Shown: positions 1 to 11,960, counted from the stretch's first letter. The stretch is 64,000 bases of DNA from Candidatus Collierbacteria bacterium (GCA_016219325.1 JACRNH010000024.1:1789-65788), one strand, 5' to 3'. Numbers and translations are program-made. Notes: generated by a model from the letters alone, not told the origin.

Positions 1-2034
1 CAATCAGTTACTGTTTTAGATCCGGCGGCTGGAACGTTGACTTTTCCGGCTGAAGCAATCCGATTAGCAATCGAGGAATATAAAAGAAAATATGGCGATG
101 GAGGGGTGAACGGGTTAATTAAAAACCATATACTGAAGAATTTCTATGCCTTTGAGTTAATGATGGCTTCATATGCTATTGGGCATCTGAAAATCGGTTT
201 TGTTTTGAATGAATATGGCTATAAATTATCTGATAACGAAAGATTCAATCTGTTTTTGACAAACACGTTAGATTTTAATAAAGAAGATCCAAATGTACTT
301 CCCGGGATTATTGAGCGTGAAATTGCAAAAGAGTCAATAGAAGCACTTAGGGTAAAAGAGGAAATTCCCGTTATGGTGATTATGGGTAATCCCCCATATT
401 CTGTGAGTTCTACGAATGTAATAAAAGAAGGTTCCGAATTTAAGAAGTTTTATGAAACTTACAAGGAAAATGTTAGAAAAGAGGAGAGGAATATCCAACC
501 GCTTTCTGATGACTACATCAAATTTATTGCTTTCGCTCATTGGAAAATAAAACAGGCTGGTAAGGGTATTGTTGGTATGATTACGAATAATTCATATTTA
601 GATGGGTTGATACATAGGGATATGCGTAAAAAATTACTTGATGATTTTGGCGAAATTTATATTTTAAATTTACATGGCAGTACTAAACGTCAGGAGAAAA
701 CACCCGATGGTAAAAGTGATGAAAATGTATTTGACATTCAACAAGGAGTAAGCATTATTTTGTTAATAAAAAATGAAAGTCAAAAAAGTTTGGTGAAATA
801 TGCAGATATTTGGGGATCAAGAGAATCAAAGTATAATTATTTAAAAAAGAATGATATATACGATACTAGATGGGAAAATATAATATCTCAAGAACCGCAT
901 AATTTTTTCACAATTAAAAATTTCGAGTGGTTCGAACTCTATGAACGTTTTATCTCGCTTGAAAAAATATTCAAACAATTTAATGCAGGTATAGCAACGG
1001 GAAAAGATAATTTACTTGTCAGTTTTAGCAAAGATGATTTGATAAGTAGACTCTCGATAGCCGAGAAATCATTATTCAATATTTCAATGCAAAGTTATAA
1101 AGTGTCGCAAGTCTTGGCCGACAGATTATTTGAACAACTTAATAAGTTAAAGGTTGGCAATAGCGTGATGCCATATAGTTATCGCCCATTTGATTCACGC
1201 TATACCATTTACGATAAACAAATTTTACAAAGGGCAAGAGATATTATCATGGGAAGTTTTTTGAAATCAAATTTGGGACTGGTAACGACAAAACAGCTTT
1301 CAACTGAGGAATTTAGGCACGCATGGGTTACAGAAACGATTTCTGATAGATGCTTAATTTCTCTACAAACGAGAGAAGTTTCATATGTTTTTCCTCTTTA
1401 TCTTTATAATGATTCTAAACAGCAAGATTTATTTGATAGTGAGAAAAAATATCAGAATATACAATGGGAAAATCTACCTATTTCTTGTTCAACTTTGCAG
1501 GGTTTTACTTCAAGAGCGACTGGTAATTTTATTCCGCCAGCAGAACAAATTTTTTATTATATCTATGCAATTCTTTATTCCGATATTTATCGTCAAAAAT
1601 ATAAGGAGTTTTTGAAAATTAATTTTCCGAGAATTCCATTTACCAAAAATTACGAGTTATTTAAGTTATTGGTGGAGTTGGGTGAACAATTAGTTAAATT
1701 GCATCTACTTAAATCGAAGGAGTTAGAGTACCCAATCGCAAAGTATTACGGCGAAGGAGTCGGAAATGTAGAAAAGCTGGAATATGTTGAAGATAGAAAA
1801 CGCGTTTATATAAACAAAACTCAATATTTTGAAGGAATAAAACCGAATCTTTGGAATTATTATATTGGTGGGTATCATGTGATAGACAAATGGCTAAAAG
1901 ATAGAAAGGGGAGATATTTGTCAGCTGAAGATATTCGTCACTATTGCCGAATGGTCACTGCTTTTTCTAGGACAATTGAAGTACAGGAAAGAATTGATAA
2001 ATTGTATTTAAGAGTAGAAAAGAGTTTAAATTAA
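1..2034 (+). CDS. Type ISP/IIG-like restriction-modification enzyme, N6-adenine methyltransferase plus C-terminal specificity region (5' truncated by window edge)
   Basis: Frame is open from base 1 (QSVTVLDPAAGTLTF = MTase motif I); motif IV NPPY; DDYIKF, ITNNSYLDG, DENVFDIQQGV, YRPFD and IGGYHVIDKWLKDRKGR motifs typical of type ISP C-terminal domains. Confidence 0.85.
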   Translation, partial: QSVTVLDPAAGTLTFPAEAIRLAIEEYKRKYGDGGVNGLIKNHILKNFYAFELMMASYAIGHLKIGFVLNEYGYKLSDNERFNLFLTNTLDFNKEDPNVLPGIIEREIAKESIEALRVKEEIPVMVIMGNPPYSVSSTNVIKEGSEFKKFYETYKENVRKEERNIQPLSDDYIKFIAFAHWKIKQAGKGIVGMITNNSYLDGLIHRDMRKKLLDDFGEIYILNLHGSTKRQEKTPDGKSDENVFDIQQGVSIILLIKNESQKSLVKYADIWGSRESKYNYLKKNDIYDTRWENIISQEPHNFFTIKNFEWFELYERFISLEKIFKQFNAGIATGKDNLLVSFSKDDLISRLSIAEKSLFNISMQSYKVSQVLADRLFEQLNKLKVGNSVMPYSYRPFDSRYTIYDKQILQRARDIIMGSFLKSNLGLVTTKQLSTEEFRHAWVTETISDRCLISLQTREVSYVFPLYLYNDSKQQDLFDSEKKYQNIQWENLPISCSTLQGFTSRATGNFIPPAEQIFYYIYAILYSDIYRQKYKEFLKINFPRIPFTKNYELFKLLVELGEQLVKLHLLKSKELEYPIAKYYGEGVGNVEKLEYVEDRKRVYINKTQYFEGIKPNLWNYYIGGYHVIDKWLKDRKGRYLSAEDIRHYCRMVTAFSRTIEVQERIDKLYLRVEKSLN

Positions 2035-2251
2035 AAGTAAATATTAAAAGTGAGCAGGAAGAAATAGGAAGAACATAAGCTAAAGAGTTTTAATGAAACT
2101 GTAAGATGGTTTGATAAATTTAGCGAAATTAAATAAATTTATAAGTTCTACGGCCTCACGCCAGCCTACCCAGAGCTTGGTCGAAGGAAGAATATGAGAA
2201 TGAATTAAGGTCTTCAGACGGTGAGAATTTTGATGTAAAATAATTTATTAA

Positions 2252-2524
2252 ATGAAACCATTTCCAAAACCAATCAAGATTCAAATTATTTATGACAAGG
2301 ATCTGCAGAAAATAACCGGAGTGGCAAGCGAAGAGGCGGTAGTCTCCGAAGGATTAAATTTTTTGATGATGCTCAAATTTATATTTGACTCATATCCGAA
2401 GATATTCAGGCAATATCCACCCGGCAGCATGAGTTTATCGCTCAATGGCAAGCGGCCCACAGAATTTGAAATTCTTAGCGATGGAGATGAGATAAAATTA
2501 TCAGTGAATTATCAGGTCAATTAA
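2252..2524 (+). CDS. MoaD/ThiS-like beta-grasp protein without C-terminal Gly-Gly
   Basis: 90 aa; LQKITG...E...LNGK...LSDGDEI pattern of ThiS/MoaD family; -10-like TAAAAT just upstream. Confidence 0.6.
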   Translation: MKPFPKPIKIQIIYDKDLQKITGVASEEAVVSEGLNFLMMLKFIFDSYPKIFRQYPPGSMSLSLNGKRPTEFEILSDGDEIKLSVNYQVN

Positions 2525-2605
2525 CTAAAATTTTATTAATGTCGTCCAAACATTCTCAAATTCTTGAGAATATGAAAAATATGGATAAGGGTTGAATTTT
2601 CGTTC

Positions 2606-2633
2606 TTGACATTAAGCGTTTGTCAGGTATACT
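2606..2633 (+). promoter_or_regulatory. sigma70-type promoter for rpoBC
   Basis: TTGACA (2606-2611), 16 nt, TATACT (2628-2633). Confidence 0.75.
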
Positions 2634-2686
2634 ACTCACTAGCTTAGGCACAAACCGTTCAACGGTAAATTGTTTGGTGCCGTTTG

Positions 2687-2713
2687 CGCCTTCTAAAAGA
2701 AGGCGGTTTTTTG
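2687..2713 (+). terminator. Intrinsic terminator within the rpoB 5' leader (attenuator)
   Basis: CGCCTTCT-AAA-AGAAGGCG stem followed by GTTTTTTG, between promoter and rpoB start. Confidence 0.7.
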
Positions 2714-2736
2714 TCATCACATAATTTAAGGCTTAA

Positions 2737-5700
2737 ATGTTTCGCACTCTACCAACAAGACAGTACTGGGGCAAAACTAATTTGCCCTTACCAGATTTAG
2801 ATTTATTGTCAGTTCAAAAAGAGTCTTATCAACACTTTTTAACTGAAGGAATTTCTTGGGCCCTTTCGGAGGCTTCTCCAATTACCGATCCTTCAAAAAA
2901 AATGTGGCAGTTGATTTTTGGGAAACATCAGTTGGGAAAACCAAAAATTACGGTTGAAGAAGCACTGACAAAAGGCTTGACTTACGATGCGCCATTAACT
3001 GCAGAAGCTACTTTAACTAATATAAAGACTAATGAGACTTTGATAGAAGAAGTCTTTTTGGGGGACATCCCGGTAATGACGGATATTGGTACTTTTGTGA
3101 TTGCCGGAGTAGAGCGCTGTGTTGTTAATCAATTAGTCAGATCTCCTGGTGTGTTTTTTACCAGTGATGTTGACCAACCTTCCGGTCGAAATTTATTCAT
3201 TGCGGAATTAAGGCCGATTAGGGGATCATGGTTGGAATTTAGCGTTAGCCGAAATGATGTGATTACCGTAAAAGTTGATAGAGGAAGGAAAATTCCGGTC
3301 ACTGTATTACTAAAATCTATGGGCTATGTTGCTGATGAGCAGATCACGGGATTATTTAAAGATGTTGATATCGATCCTGACCATCATTATATTTTTAGCA
3401 CCATTAGCAGAGATCAGACAAAAACGAAGGAAGAAGCTCTAGTCGAATTTTATGAAAAAATCAGACCTGGGGAACCGGCTGTTTTAGAAAATGCCAGATC
3501 GCTTTTTTATGAATCTTTCTTTGATCCTAAAAGATATGATATTGGTGAAGTTGGTAGGTATAAATTAAACCGCCGTCTTGGCTTATCTCAGCCATTGACA
3601 CGAGATTATTGGGTATTAACTCCGGACGATTTTATCGCGGTTATTAAAACTTTAATTAAACTCCAAAGGGGGATCGGGGTGGCAGATGACATAGACCATT
3701 TAGCCAATAGAAGAGTTAGAAGGGTTGGAGAATTGGTTCACCAGACTGCTTTTAGAGTTGGTCTATTGAGATTAGAAAGATCAATTTCAGAAAAGATGGC
3801 ATTTGCAAAACCAGGAGAACTTCCAGGTCCGGCTGCATTGGTTAATGCTAGACCTATAATTGCCGTAGTCTCCGAATTTTTTAAGAGGAATCGATTATCT
3901 ACAATATTAGATCAAACCAATCCTCTTTCTGAAATTGATAATTTAAGAAGATTGTCAGTAATGGGGCCAGGTGGAGTAACAAAGGAAAGGGCCAGTTTTT
4001 CAATGAGAGATATAAACTCGAGTCAGTATTCCAGGATTTGTCCGGTTAGATCACCGGAAGGACCAAACATAGGATTGGTCACCTATTTGGCAATTTATGC
4101 CAGAATCAATAAATATGGCTTTATTGAGGCCCCTTATAGAAAAGTCGAAAAAATTACCAAAAATGGTAAAATCAAAATGAAACTAACCAACGAAGTGGTT
4201 TATCTTCAGGCTGACGATGAAGAAAAATATAAGATTACTCATGCCGAAATTCCCATAGATAAACATGGTTGTATTGATGCAGATTGGCTTCCGATCCGCT
4301 ATATGCGTCAATTTACAGAAGGCCCGGTTGAGGAAATTGAATTAGTTGACATAGTTAGTCGTCAAGCGGTGGGCACTTCGGCCAATCTAATTCCTTTTTT
4401 GGCCCATGATGAGGCAAATAGAGCTTTAATGGGAACTCATATGCAATGTCAGGCAGTGCCTTTGGTAAAGACAGAATCTCCTGTTATAGGAACTGGGCTA
4501 GAAGATGTTGTAATTAAGCAGATGAGAAGAGCAATTTATGCAGAAGAAGATGGAGAGATTTTATCTGTTGATGCTTCAGGAGTTGAGTTTAGAGCTAAGA
4601 GTGAAATAAAACATTACACTATTGAGAAATTCAAGCGTTCTTCACAATCAACTTGTTATTCCCAGAAACCAGTTGTTAGGGCTGGCAGCAAAGTTAAGAA
4701 TGGAGATTTATTAATTGATGGTCCGGCTTCAAATAATGGTGAGTTAGCCTTAGGTAAGAATTTAGTAATTGCCTATTCTAATTTTGAAGGTTTGGGATAT
4801 GAAGACGCAATTATTATTTCGGATAAATTAGTTAAGGAAGATTTGCTGACCTCCATACACATAAATGAATATGAGGCCCAATTAATGGATACAAAATTAG
4901 GGCCTGAAGAGTTTACAAAAGATATTCCTAATGTTGGAGAGTCAGAATTAGCCAATCTTGGAGAAGACGGTATTGTAGTGGTCGGAGCTAATGTTAGTCC
5001 AAACGATATTTTGGTTGGCAAGATTGCCCCCAAGGGCGAAACAGAACTAACTGCAGAAGAAAGGTTATTGAGGGCAATATTTGGAGAAAAAGCCAGAGAA
5101 GTCCGTGACACTTCATTAAGAATGCCTCATGGAGAGCAAGGGACTGTTATAGACATTAAAATTTTAGATAGAGAGAAGGAAGATGAGCTAGAACCGGGAG
5201 TTCTTAAGAAGGTTATAGTTAAAGTTGCACAATTGCGTAAAGTGACAGTAGGAGACAAATTGGCTGGACGTCACGGAAATAAAGGCGTTATTAGCAAAGT
5301 CGTTCCTGTCGCCGATATGCCATATTTGTCTGACGGAACAGCAGTAGATATTATTATTAGCCCACTGTCTGTTTTGCAAAGAATGAATGTTGGTCAGTTA
5401 TTAGAAGCGCATTTAGGTTGGGCAGCTAAAATGAAAAATATCAGAATTGCAATTCCGGTTTTCGAATCAATTTCTGAAGATAAAATTTCATCCGAAATGG
5501 AATCTTCAGGTCTTCCTGTTTCAGGAAAAGTCAGATTGATTGACGGAAGGACAGGAGAGCTCTTTAAAGAAGAGACTGTTGTCGGCGTTGCTTACATTAT
5601 GAAATTATCTCATATGGTAGAAGATAAGCTTCATGCTAGGTCAACTGGTCCATACTCTCTAGTTACCCAGCAACCTTTGGGCGGAAAAGCCCAAATGGGA

Positions 5701-6126
5701 GGACAGAGATTAGGAGAAATGGAAGTTTGGGCTTTGGAAGCTCATCGCGCTGCCCATACTTTACAGGAAATGCTAACCATTAAGTCGGATGACGTTGTTG
5801 GGAGAGCCAAGGCTTTTGAAGCTATCGTTAAAGGAGAAGAAATTCCTGAGGCAATGATTCCGGAATCATTTAAAGTCTTAATGAAAGAACTAAATTCTTT
5901 GGTTTTAAATGTCGTTCCGACAAGAATAATTGAAGCTGTTAGCCCTATTACGCCGCAATCTGGAGGGCCAAAAGCTTTACCGATAACTGATGATCAGGCA
6001 GCTGGAGTAACCGATGATTCAATAAGTGTAAGTTTAAATGACAATAGCAACGATAGCTCTGTAAAAAATAAAAAAAAGCAGGATAAAGAGGATAAAAAAG
6101 AAGATAAAAAGGAGACGGTAAAATGA
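2737..6126 (+). CDS. rpoB: DNA-directed RNA polymerase subunit beta
   Basis: [60 protein letters not shown] motifs. Confidence 0.99.
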   Translation: MFRTLPTRQYWGKTNLPLPDLDLLSVQKESYQHFLTEGISWALSEASPITDPSKKMWQLIFGKHQLGKPKITVEEALTKGLTYDAPLTAEATLTNIKTNETLIEEVFLGDIPVMTDIGTFVIAGVERCVVNQLVRSPGVFFTSDVDQPSGRNLFIAELRPIRGSWLEFSVSRNDVITVKVDRGRKIPVTVLLKSMGYVADEQITGLFKDVDIDPDHHYIFSTISRDQTKTKEEALVEFYEKIRPGEPAVLENARSLFYESFFDPKRYDIGEVGRYKLNRRLGLSQPLTRDYWVLTPDDFIAVIKTLIKLQRGIGVADDIDHLANRRVRRVGELVHQTAFRVGLLRLERSISEKMAFAKPGELPGPAALVNARPIIAVVSEFFKRNRLSTILDQTNPLSEIDNLRRLSVMGPGGVTKERASFSMRDINSSQYSRICPVRSPEGPNIGLVTYLAIYARINKYGFIEAPYRKVEKITKNGKIKMKLTNEVVYLQADDEEKYKITHAEIPIDKHGCIDADWLPIRYMRQFTEGPVEEIELVDIVSRQAVGTSANLIPFLAHDEANRALMGTHMQCQAVPLVKTESPVIGTGLEDVVIKQMRRAIYAEEDGEILSVDASGVEFRAKSEIKHYTIEKFKRSSQSTCYSQKPVVRAGSKVKNGDLLIDGPASNNGELALGKNLVIAYSNFEGLGYEDAIIISDKLVKEDLLTSIHINEYEAQLMDTKLGPEEFTKDIPNVGESELANLGEDGIVVVGANVSPNDILVGKIAPKGETELTAEERLLRAIFGEKAREVRDTSLRMPHGEQGTVIDIKILDREKEDELEPGVLKKVIVKVAQLRKVTVGDKLAGRHGNKGVISKVVPVADMPYLSDGTAVDIIISPLSVLQRMNVGQLLEAHLGWAAKMKNIRIAIPVFESISEDKISSEMESSGLPVSGKVRLIDGRTGELFKEETVVGVAYIMKLSHMVEDKLHARSTGPYSLVTQQPLGGKAQMGGQRLGEMEVWALEAHRAAHTLQEMLTIKSDDVVGRAKAFEAIVKGEEIPEAMIPESFKVLMKELNSLVLNVVPTRIIEAVSPITPQSGGPKALPITDDQAAGVTDDSISVSLNDNSNDSSVKNKKKQDKEDKKEDKKETVK

Positions 6127-9100
6127 AAACAATGGTTGATTTTCGCGGGTTAAAATTGGAATTGGCATCATCCGAAGTTATCCGGTCGTGGTCTCATGGA
6201 GAAGTAACTAAACCAGAAACAATTAATTACCGGACCTTAAAGCCGGAAAAAGACGGTTTGTTTTGCGAAAGGATATTCGGTCCTACCAGAGACTACGAAT
6301 GTTATTGCGGAAAATACAAGAGGATAAGATTCCGCGGAATCGTCTGCGATAAATGCGGCGTTGAAGTCACACAATCCAGAGTCAGGCGGGAAAGAATGGC
6401 TCATATCAATTTAGCGTCTCCGGTTGTTCATGTTTGGTACTTCAAAGGAGCTCCAAGTCAGCTTTCTCTTTTATTAAATATTTCTCCGAAGAGTCTTACC
6501 AGGGTTATTTATTTTGCCCAATATGTAGTTCTGGACGTTGATAAAAAAGTTGAAGAGCAGGTAATAAAAGATTTAAAAGAAGGTTTGAACAAAAAGCATA
6601 AAGAAATGGATGAAAAAGCCGAAAAAGAAATAGAAGAAGTCAAATCAGCCGGCGAAAAAGAAATTGCGGCTGAAATAAAGAATAATAACGGAGGAAAAGA
6701 ACAATTGGAACTGAAAACTAGAGAAACCCAATTTAGAGTAAAACAGGAAATTGCCAGAATTAGAGAATTGTTAGTTAAAGAGAAAGATACGGCTGCCGAA
6801 GTATTTAAAGCAGTCTTGAATTTGTCCTCCAGGCTGGAAAGAAGATCTTTGCTGACAGAAGACGAATATTTGAAATTGTTAGAATATAACGCTACCGATC
6901 ACTTAAAATTAGGGATGGGAGCAGAGGCTGTAGAAGAGCTTTTGTCGGATTTGAATTTAGTGGCAATCCGCGATCAGCTCCGTCAGGAATTGATTACGGC
7001 TACAGGCGCTGCTAAAACCAAAAAATCAAAACGATTAAGATTAATAGACGGACTAATTGAAGCTAAGATTGACCCCCGCTGGTCTTTGGTAAGAGTTTTA
7101 CCGGTTTTGCCGCCGGACTTGCGGCCAATGGTCCAATTATCCGGAGGCAGATTTGCTACTTCAGACCTTAACGATTTATACCGCCGCGTAATCAACAGGA
7201 ATAATCGTTTAAAGCATCTCATTGATCTGGGCGCTCCGGAAATTATTTTAAGAAATGAAAAAAGAATGCTTCAGGAAGCAGTTGATTCGCTAATTGATTC
7301 TCCGCAATCTCGGACTACCAGACGGCAAACTTTACGCCGCGAGTTGAAGTCCTTGTCAGAAATGTTGCGCGGAAAACAAGGCCGGTTTAGGCAAAATCTT
7401 TTAGGAAAAAGAGTTGATTATTCAGGCCGTTCCGTGATTGTGGTTGGTCCTGAATTAAAACTTAATCAATGCGGTTTGCCAAAAGATATGGCGCTAGAAA
7501 TGTTTAAGCCTTTCGTTTTAAGAGAATTAATTTCTCAAGGGATAAGTCCTAATGTCCGTTCGGCTAAGGCGGCTTTGGAAAGAAGGAGTCCGGAAGTTTA
7601 TGACATATTAGAAAAAATTACTAAAGATCATCCTGTTTTGCTTAACCGCGCTCCGACTTTGCATAAATTAGGAATTCAAGCCTTCTATCCGATTTTAATT
7701 GAAGGCAGCGCTATCAGAATTCACCCCTGTGTTTGTTCGGGCTATAACGCAGATTTTGACGGTGATCAAATGGCCGTTCATGTTCCCCTGTCGGTTCATG
7801 CTCAAGAAGAAGCCGCATCCATTATGATGCCGGAGCGTAATTTATTAAAGCCTTCCAGCGGGACCCCGATTACCGTTCCGAATAAGGAAATGGCGATGGG
7901 ATGTTATTATTTGACGTCTTATGACCCTGCTCTAAAATTAAGCAACACTGTTTTCTCCGGTAAAGAAGAAGTAATGACGGCTTTGCAAAATAACTTTATT
8001 GAGTATCGTCAGCCGATCATGGTCAGAATTGAAGGAAAAATTATTGAAACTACCGCCGGAAGGATTATTTTTAACCGCGCTTTGCCGGACAACGTGCCGT
8101 TTATGAACCGGGCGATTACCGCCGGAGCGATTCAGGATTTGGTCAGAGAAGCCATTGGCAAATTTAGTATTGAAGATACGGTTAAAATTATTGATTCCAT
8201 TAAAGAAGTCGGATTTAACGCCGCCACCATTTCCGGATTATCGGTTTCCGTAAGCGATTGTGTGATTATTCCCGGAAAAGATGATCTTATTAATGACGCT
8301 AATCAACGGGCTGTTCAAATTGAGCAGAATTTTGATACCGGATTGATTACTAATGAAGAACGCCGCAGGCTGACCAATCAGTTGTGGATGGAAACTACGG
8401 ATGATATTGCCGAAAAGACATGGAATTCGTTGGGTGAAAATAATGCGGTTAAAATTATCATTGATTCAGGCGGTACCAGGGCTAGCCGGGATCAGGTTAA
8501 ACAACTTTCGGCTATGAGAGGACTGGTGGTTGATCCGCTAGGCAACATCGTGGAACTGCCGACAAAATCCAATTTCAGACAGGGGTTGTCGGTGTTTGAA
8601 TATGTCACCAGTACCAGGGGATCCAGAAAGGGTTTAACAGATTCAGCTCTGAAGACTGCCGATGCCGGTTATTTGACCCGGAGATTGGTTGACGTTACCC
8701 ATGACGTAATTGTCAGAAGCGATGATTGCGGTACCGAGGGCGGCCTAACAATTTCCAAAACCAACCGCCGCGGGGACCAGTTTATTAAAAGAACTATAGG
8801 CCGGGTTTTAGCTGAAGATGTGCAGGACGGTAAAAAAATAATTGCCAAACGCGGTGATTTAATCGACGAACAAGTCCAGAAATTGTTATTGGGAGTTGGA
8901 GTGGAATCAATAGTTGTTAGGTCACCGTTGACCTGCGTTTTGCCTTACGGAATTTGCAAAATGTGTTACGGTTGGGATTTCGGACAAAGAAAACTGGCGG
9001 AGTTAGGTTTCCCGGCCGGAGTAGTTGCCGCCCAATCAATCGGAGAACCGGGAACTCAATTGACAATGCGGATTAAGCATACCGGAGGTATCGTCGGTTT

Positions 9101-9815
9101 GGACGTTACCCAAGGCTTGCCCCGGGTTGAAGAATTGTTTGAAGCCAGAACTCCCAAAATGTTGGCCCCGATTGCCGGAATCGCCGGAAAGGTTGAAATT
9201 AAAGAAATTGACCGTGGAATTATGATTAAAATTTCCGGTAAAGACGGGATTGAAGAAAAGCACTTGGTTTCGGCCACTGCCCAACTTCAGATTCAGAACG
9301 GCCAGCAGGTTCCGGCCGGCTGGCAAATGGCCACAGGCACTTTGGATGTTGATCAACTGGTAGAGATTAAAGGTGTCCGTGAAGCCCAGGAATATCTGAT
9401 TCACGAAATTCAAACAGTTTACGAATCTCAAGGAATTCCGATTAACGACAAGCATTTTGAAGTTATAGTCAGAAAAATGAGCGATAAGGCCAGAATAACC
9501 GATCCGGGATCCACCGCCTTTTTGCACGGCGAATTAGTCGATTCGGTGACTTTGAATACCACTAATGCTCAAGTGATGGCTTCAGGCGGAAAACCTGCAG
9601 CAGTCACTCAAGTGATTTTGGGGATTACCCGGGCCAGCCTTTATACCCATTCATGGTTATCGGCGGCCTCATTTATTGAAACCACCAAAGTCTTAACCGA
9701 AGCCGCATTGGAAGGCAAGGAAGACCCGCTATTGGGATTAAAAGAAAACGTGATTATCGGCAGGCTGATTCCTACTTCCGAAGACCGCGCCGCCATCCCC
9801 GCGTCCCAGGGTTGA
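6123..9815 (+). CDS. rpoC: DNA-directed RNA polymerase subunit beta'
   Basis: Zn ribbon CYCGKYK...[13 protein letters not shown] catalytic motif, [13 protein letters not shown]; ATGA overlap with rpoB. Confidence 0.99.
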   Translation: MKTMVDFRGLKLELASSEVIRSWSHGEVTKPETINYRTLKPEKDGLFCERIFGPTRDYECYCGKYKRIRFRGIVCDKCGVEVTQSRVRRERMAHINLASPVVHVWYFKGAPSQLSLLLNISPKSLTRVIYFAQYVVLDVDKKVEEQVIKDLKEGLNKKHKEMDEKAEKEIEEVKSAGEKEIAAEIKNNNGGKEQLELKTRETQFRVKQEIARIRELLVKEKDTAAEVFKAVLNLSSRLERRSLLTEDEYLKLLEYNATDHLKLGMGAEAVEELLSDLNLVAIRDQLRQELITATGAAKTKKSKRLRLIDGLIEAKIDPRWSLVRVLPVLPPDLRPMVQLSGGRFATSDLNDLYRRVINRNNRLKHLIDLGAPEIILRNEKRMLQEAVDSLIDSPQSRTTRRQTLRRELKSLSEMLRGKQGRFRQNLLGKRVDYSGRSVIVVGPELKLNQCGLPKDMALEMFKPFVLRELISQGISPNVRSAKAALERRSPEVYDILEKITKDHPVLLNRAPTLHKLGIQAFYPILIEGSAIRIHPCVCSGYNADFDGDQMAVHVPLSVHAQEEAASIMMPERNLLKPSSGTPITVPNKEMAMGCYYLTSYDPALKLSNTVFSGKEEVMTALQNNFIEYRQPIMVRIEGKIIETTAGRIIFNRALPDNVPFMNRAITAGAIQDLVREAIGKFSIEDTVKIIDSIKEVGFNAATISGLSVSVSDCVIIPGKDDLINDANQRAVQIEQNFDTGLITNEERRRLTNQLWMETTDDIAEKTWNSLGENNAVKIIIDSGGTRASRDQVKQLSAMRGLVVDPLGNIVELPTKSNFRQGLSVFEYVTSTRGSRKGLTDSALKTADAGYLTRRLVDVTHDVIVRSDDCGTEGGLTISKTNRRGDQFIKRTIGRVLAEDVQDGKKIIAKRGDLIDEQVQKLLLGVGVESIVVRSPLTCVLPYGICKMCYGWDFGQRKLAELGFPAGVVAAQSIGEPGTQLTMRIKHTGGIVGLDVTQGLPRVEELFEARTPKMLAPIAGIAGKVEIKEIDRGIMIKISGKDGIEEKHLVSATAQLQIQNGQQVPAGWQMATGTLDVDQLVEIKGVREAQEYLIHEIQTVYESQGIPINDKHFEVIVRKMSDKARITDPGSTAFLHGELVDSVTLNTTNAQVMASGGKPAAVTQVILGITRASLYTHSWLSAASFIETTKVLTEAALEGKEDPLLGLKENVIIGRLIPTSEDRAAIPASQG

Positions 9816-9840
9816 CAGTTATCTTTTTACCAGATACAGT
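9812..9840 (+). promoter_or_regulatory. sigma70-type promoter overlapping the rpoC stop codon
   Basis: TTGACA-17 nt-TACAGT, 8 nt upstream of ATG 9849. Confidence 0.6.
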
Positions 9841-9848
9841 TGTAAGCA

Positions 9849-10514
9849 ATGAAAAATCCATTTTTTTGGGGACTGATTTTAATGGGAATAGTTTTTGCAA
9901 TATCATCCAAAACAATTTATGCCGTTGCAAAGCCACGTTTATATCTTGACCCGGCTGCGGATAGCGTTGAATCCGGATCGCAATTAACGCTTAATTTATC
10001 AATAGATGCCGGGGCTAAATCGGTAGTTGCTGCAGACGCAAAAATTTCTTTTCCGAAAGCCAAGCTGGAAGTTGTTTCTGTTAAAGTCGGAACATATTTT
10101 GATTCCATCAGTAAAATTATCGGAAATCAAACCGGGAATCTGGAAATTCACGCGTACAGTAAAGCTCAAGGCGAAACAAAAACAGGAGCAGGCGTCTTGG
10201 CTGTAATAACTTTTAAATCTTTATCTCCGGGTTCGGCAATCATTGATTTAATTTGTGTTGACGGAAGCACCACCGATAGCAATATCGCGGATGCGTCCGG
10301 AAACGATATTATTGATTGTTCACAAACCGCCGGGTCTGAAATTGTGGTTGTTCAAGCCGGAGCTGAAGCGGCCGTTGCCGCGACTCCGACGCCTAAACCT
10401 ACTAGTCTGCCGAAAGCCGGAAATATGACTCCATCTTTAATGCTGATGGCGGTTGGATCTTTAAGCCTGATTATTGGTTTTTCCGTCCTAGCTTTTCAAA
10501 AAGAACCGGCATGA
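9849..10514 (+). CDS. Secreted cohesin-domain protein with Pro/Thr linker and LPKAG sorting-like C-terminal anchor
   Basis: Signal peptide; LYLDP...LNLSID...ADAKISF...LAVITFK cohesin-like beta sandwich; ATPTPKPTS-LPKAG-hydrophobic helix-short tail. Confidence 0.75.
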   Translation: MKNPFFWGLILMGIVFAISSKTIYAVAKPRLYLDPAADSVESGSQLTLNLSIDAGAKSVVAADAKISFPKAKLEVVSVKVGTYFDSISKIIGNQTGNLEIHAYSKAQGETKTGAGVLAVITFKSLSPGSAIIDLICVDGSTTDSNIADASGNDIIDCSQTAGSEIVVVQAGAEAAVAATPTPKPTSLPKAGNMTPSLMLMAVGSLSLIIGFSVLAFQKEPA

Positions 10515-10825
10515 AAAGAAAACAAATATCTGCAGTCGCGTTGTTATCTTTATTATTGGGAGCTGGTCTGGCCGGCGGGCTATATGTGATTAATACCCCG
10601 ACGAAAATCGCCCCTAGAGCCGTATCTCCTGCTCTAATTAACCAATTATCTCCGGCTAAACCAACAACGGAATCTTCTCCTTCGCCGGCAGTAACTTCTG
10701 TTAAATCCCGGTTATCGGAGCAGGCCATAATTGACGCTTTCGGAACGGCCGCAACAGAATACGATCTCAACCAGGACGGCATCGTTAATACCCTAGATTT
10801 ATCTGAATTCAGGAAAAACCATTAA
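10511..10825 (+). CDS. Small membrane-anchored protein with dockerin/EF-hand-like repeat
   Basis: N-terminal hydrophobic helix, Pro/Ser/Thr linker, C-terminal YDLNQDGIVNTLDL; ATGA overlap with cohesin gene. Confidence 0.7.
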   Translation: MKRKQISAVALLSLLLGAGLAGGLYVINTPTKIAPRAVSPALINQLSPAKPTTESSPSPAVTSVKSRLSEQAIIDAFGTAATEYDLNQDGIVNTLDLSEFRKNH

Positions 10826-10849
10826 TTCGCCTCTAAAATATTTCTTCTT

Positions 10850-10877
10850 TGTCATTCCGTGCTTGACACGGAATCTA
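10850..10877 (+). repeat. (C/T)GTCAT-tagged palindromic repeat (family D)
   Basis: TGTCATTCCGTGCTTGACACGGAATCTA; same ends as other copies. Confidence 0.85.
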
Positions 10878-10908
10878 TACAAATATTTATCTAGATTCTA
10901 GAATTACT

Positions 10909-11931
10909 TTATTTGAGTAGTTCCGGTTGGTCAATTTCCTGAAAAGAAACCGTAGAAGTTATTTTTTGTCCCAATCTTTGAGTATGGCCGGAAACATCGC
11001 TGAATTTATTATAAGCGTTATTTATATGCCCGCCTAAAATATTTAACGAATCTTCCAATTGGCCGTAATCTTTTTCCACCGCCCGCAGTAAATTTAAAAT
11101 CTGCCTTGATCTGGAGGCGAATTGTTTGCCCTGAAATGCCCGCATAATTATTGATAAAGTGGCGTACATGGTATTCGGGCTGACCGGATAGATTCTTGAA
11201 TTTCTGGAGTAATCCATTAAATCCGGATTGGTGGCAATTTCGTAATATACCGATTCGCTGGGGATATACATCATGGCAAAATCGGTGGTGCCTTCATCAG
11301 GTAAAATATATTTTGAGGAGATGGTTCGAATGTGTTTTTTAACATCGTTGACGAATTCTTTGCCGGCTTTTTCCCGTTCCGACTTTTCCTCCGCTTTATT
11401 CATCCTTTGAAAATTTTCCATCGGAAACTTGCTATCGATCGGTAAAATTCCGGCGTCGGTTTTTATGGCCGCGTCCACCTTATCTCCGGATAAAAATTGA
11501 TGTTGCAGAAAAAACGAATTTTGGGGAATCATTTGGGCGATTAGATCGTTTAGGACTTGCTCGCCGATATTTCCCCGCAACTTCGGGCTTTTTAAAAATT
11601 CGTGCAGCTCTTTCATTGACCGCCCGATTTCGGAAAAACTTCCGGCCTCGCGTTTTAATTCGCCGATCACTTCGGCGGCTTTGGTCAGCCGCTCGTGGAT
11701 ATCGTGGGTTTGTTTGGTTAATGATTCCGATAAATGGCGGGTTGAATCAGACAAAGTTTCATTAAGAACTTTTTTGGTGTCCGAAATATCCCGGCTCATG
11801 GTCTTTAGCCATTCGGTCATGGTCTCATCGGTTTTGGGTTTTTTCAACTCTTGAATTTGGCGGTTAAGATACCAGGTAATGCTGGCTAAAATCGCGATTA
11901 AGATTGCAGCGGCTAAATATAATTCCGGCAT
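10909..11931 (-). CDS. rmuC: DNA recombination protein RmuC family
   Basis: N-terminal TM, coiled coil, RGNIGE, IDSKFP, KYILPDEGTTDFAMMYIPSESVY motifs. Confidence 0.92.
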   Translation of the reverse strand: MPELYLAAAILIAILASITWYLNRQIQELKKPKTDETMTEWLKTMSRDISDTKKVLNETLSDSTRHLSESLTKQTHDIHERLTKAAEVIGELKREAGSFSEIGRSMKELHEFLKSPKLRGNIGEQVLNDLIAQMIPQNSFFLQHQFLSGDKVDAAIKTDAGILPIDSKFPMENFQRMNKAEEKSEREKAGKEFVNDVKKHIRTISSKYILPDEGTTDFAMMYIPSESVYYEIATNPDLMDYSRNSRIYPVSPNTMYATLSIIMRAFQGKQFASRSRQILNLLRAVEKDYGQLEDSLNILGGHINNAYNKFSDVSGHTQRLGQKITSTVSFQEIDQPELLK

Positions 11932-11960
11932 ATAAATTCTATGATAACATTATTTTCGTT

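Noticed and set aside
2737-6126. Impression that rpoB is more AT-rich than rpoC (possible allele replacement)
   Set aside because: Cannot be quantified by eye; needs GC3/codon-usage and phylogenetic comparison
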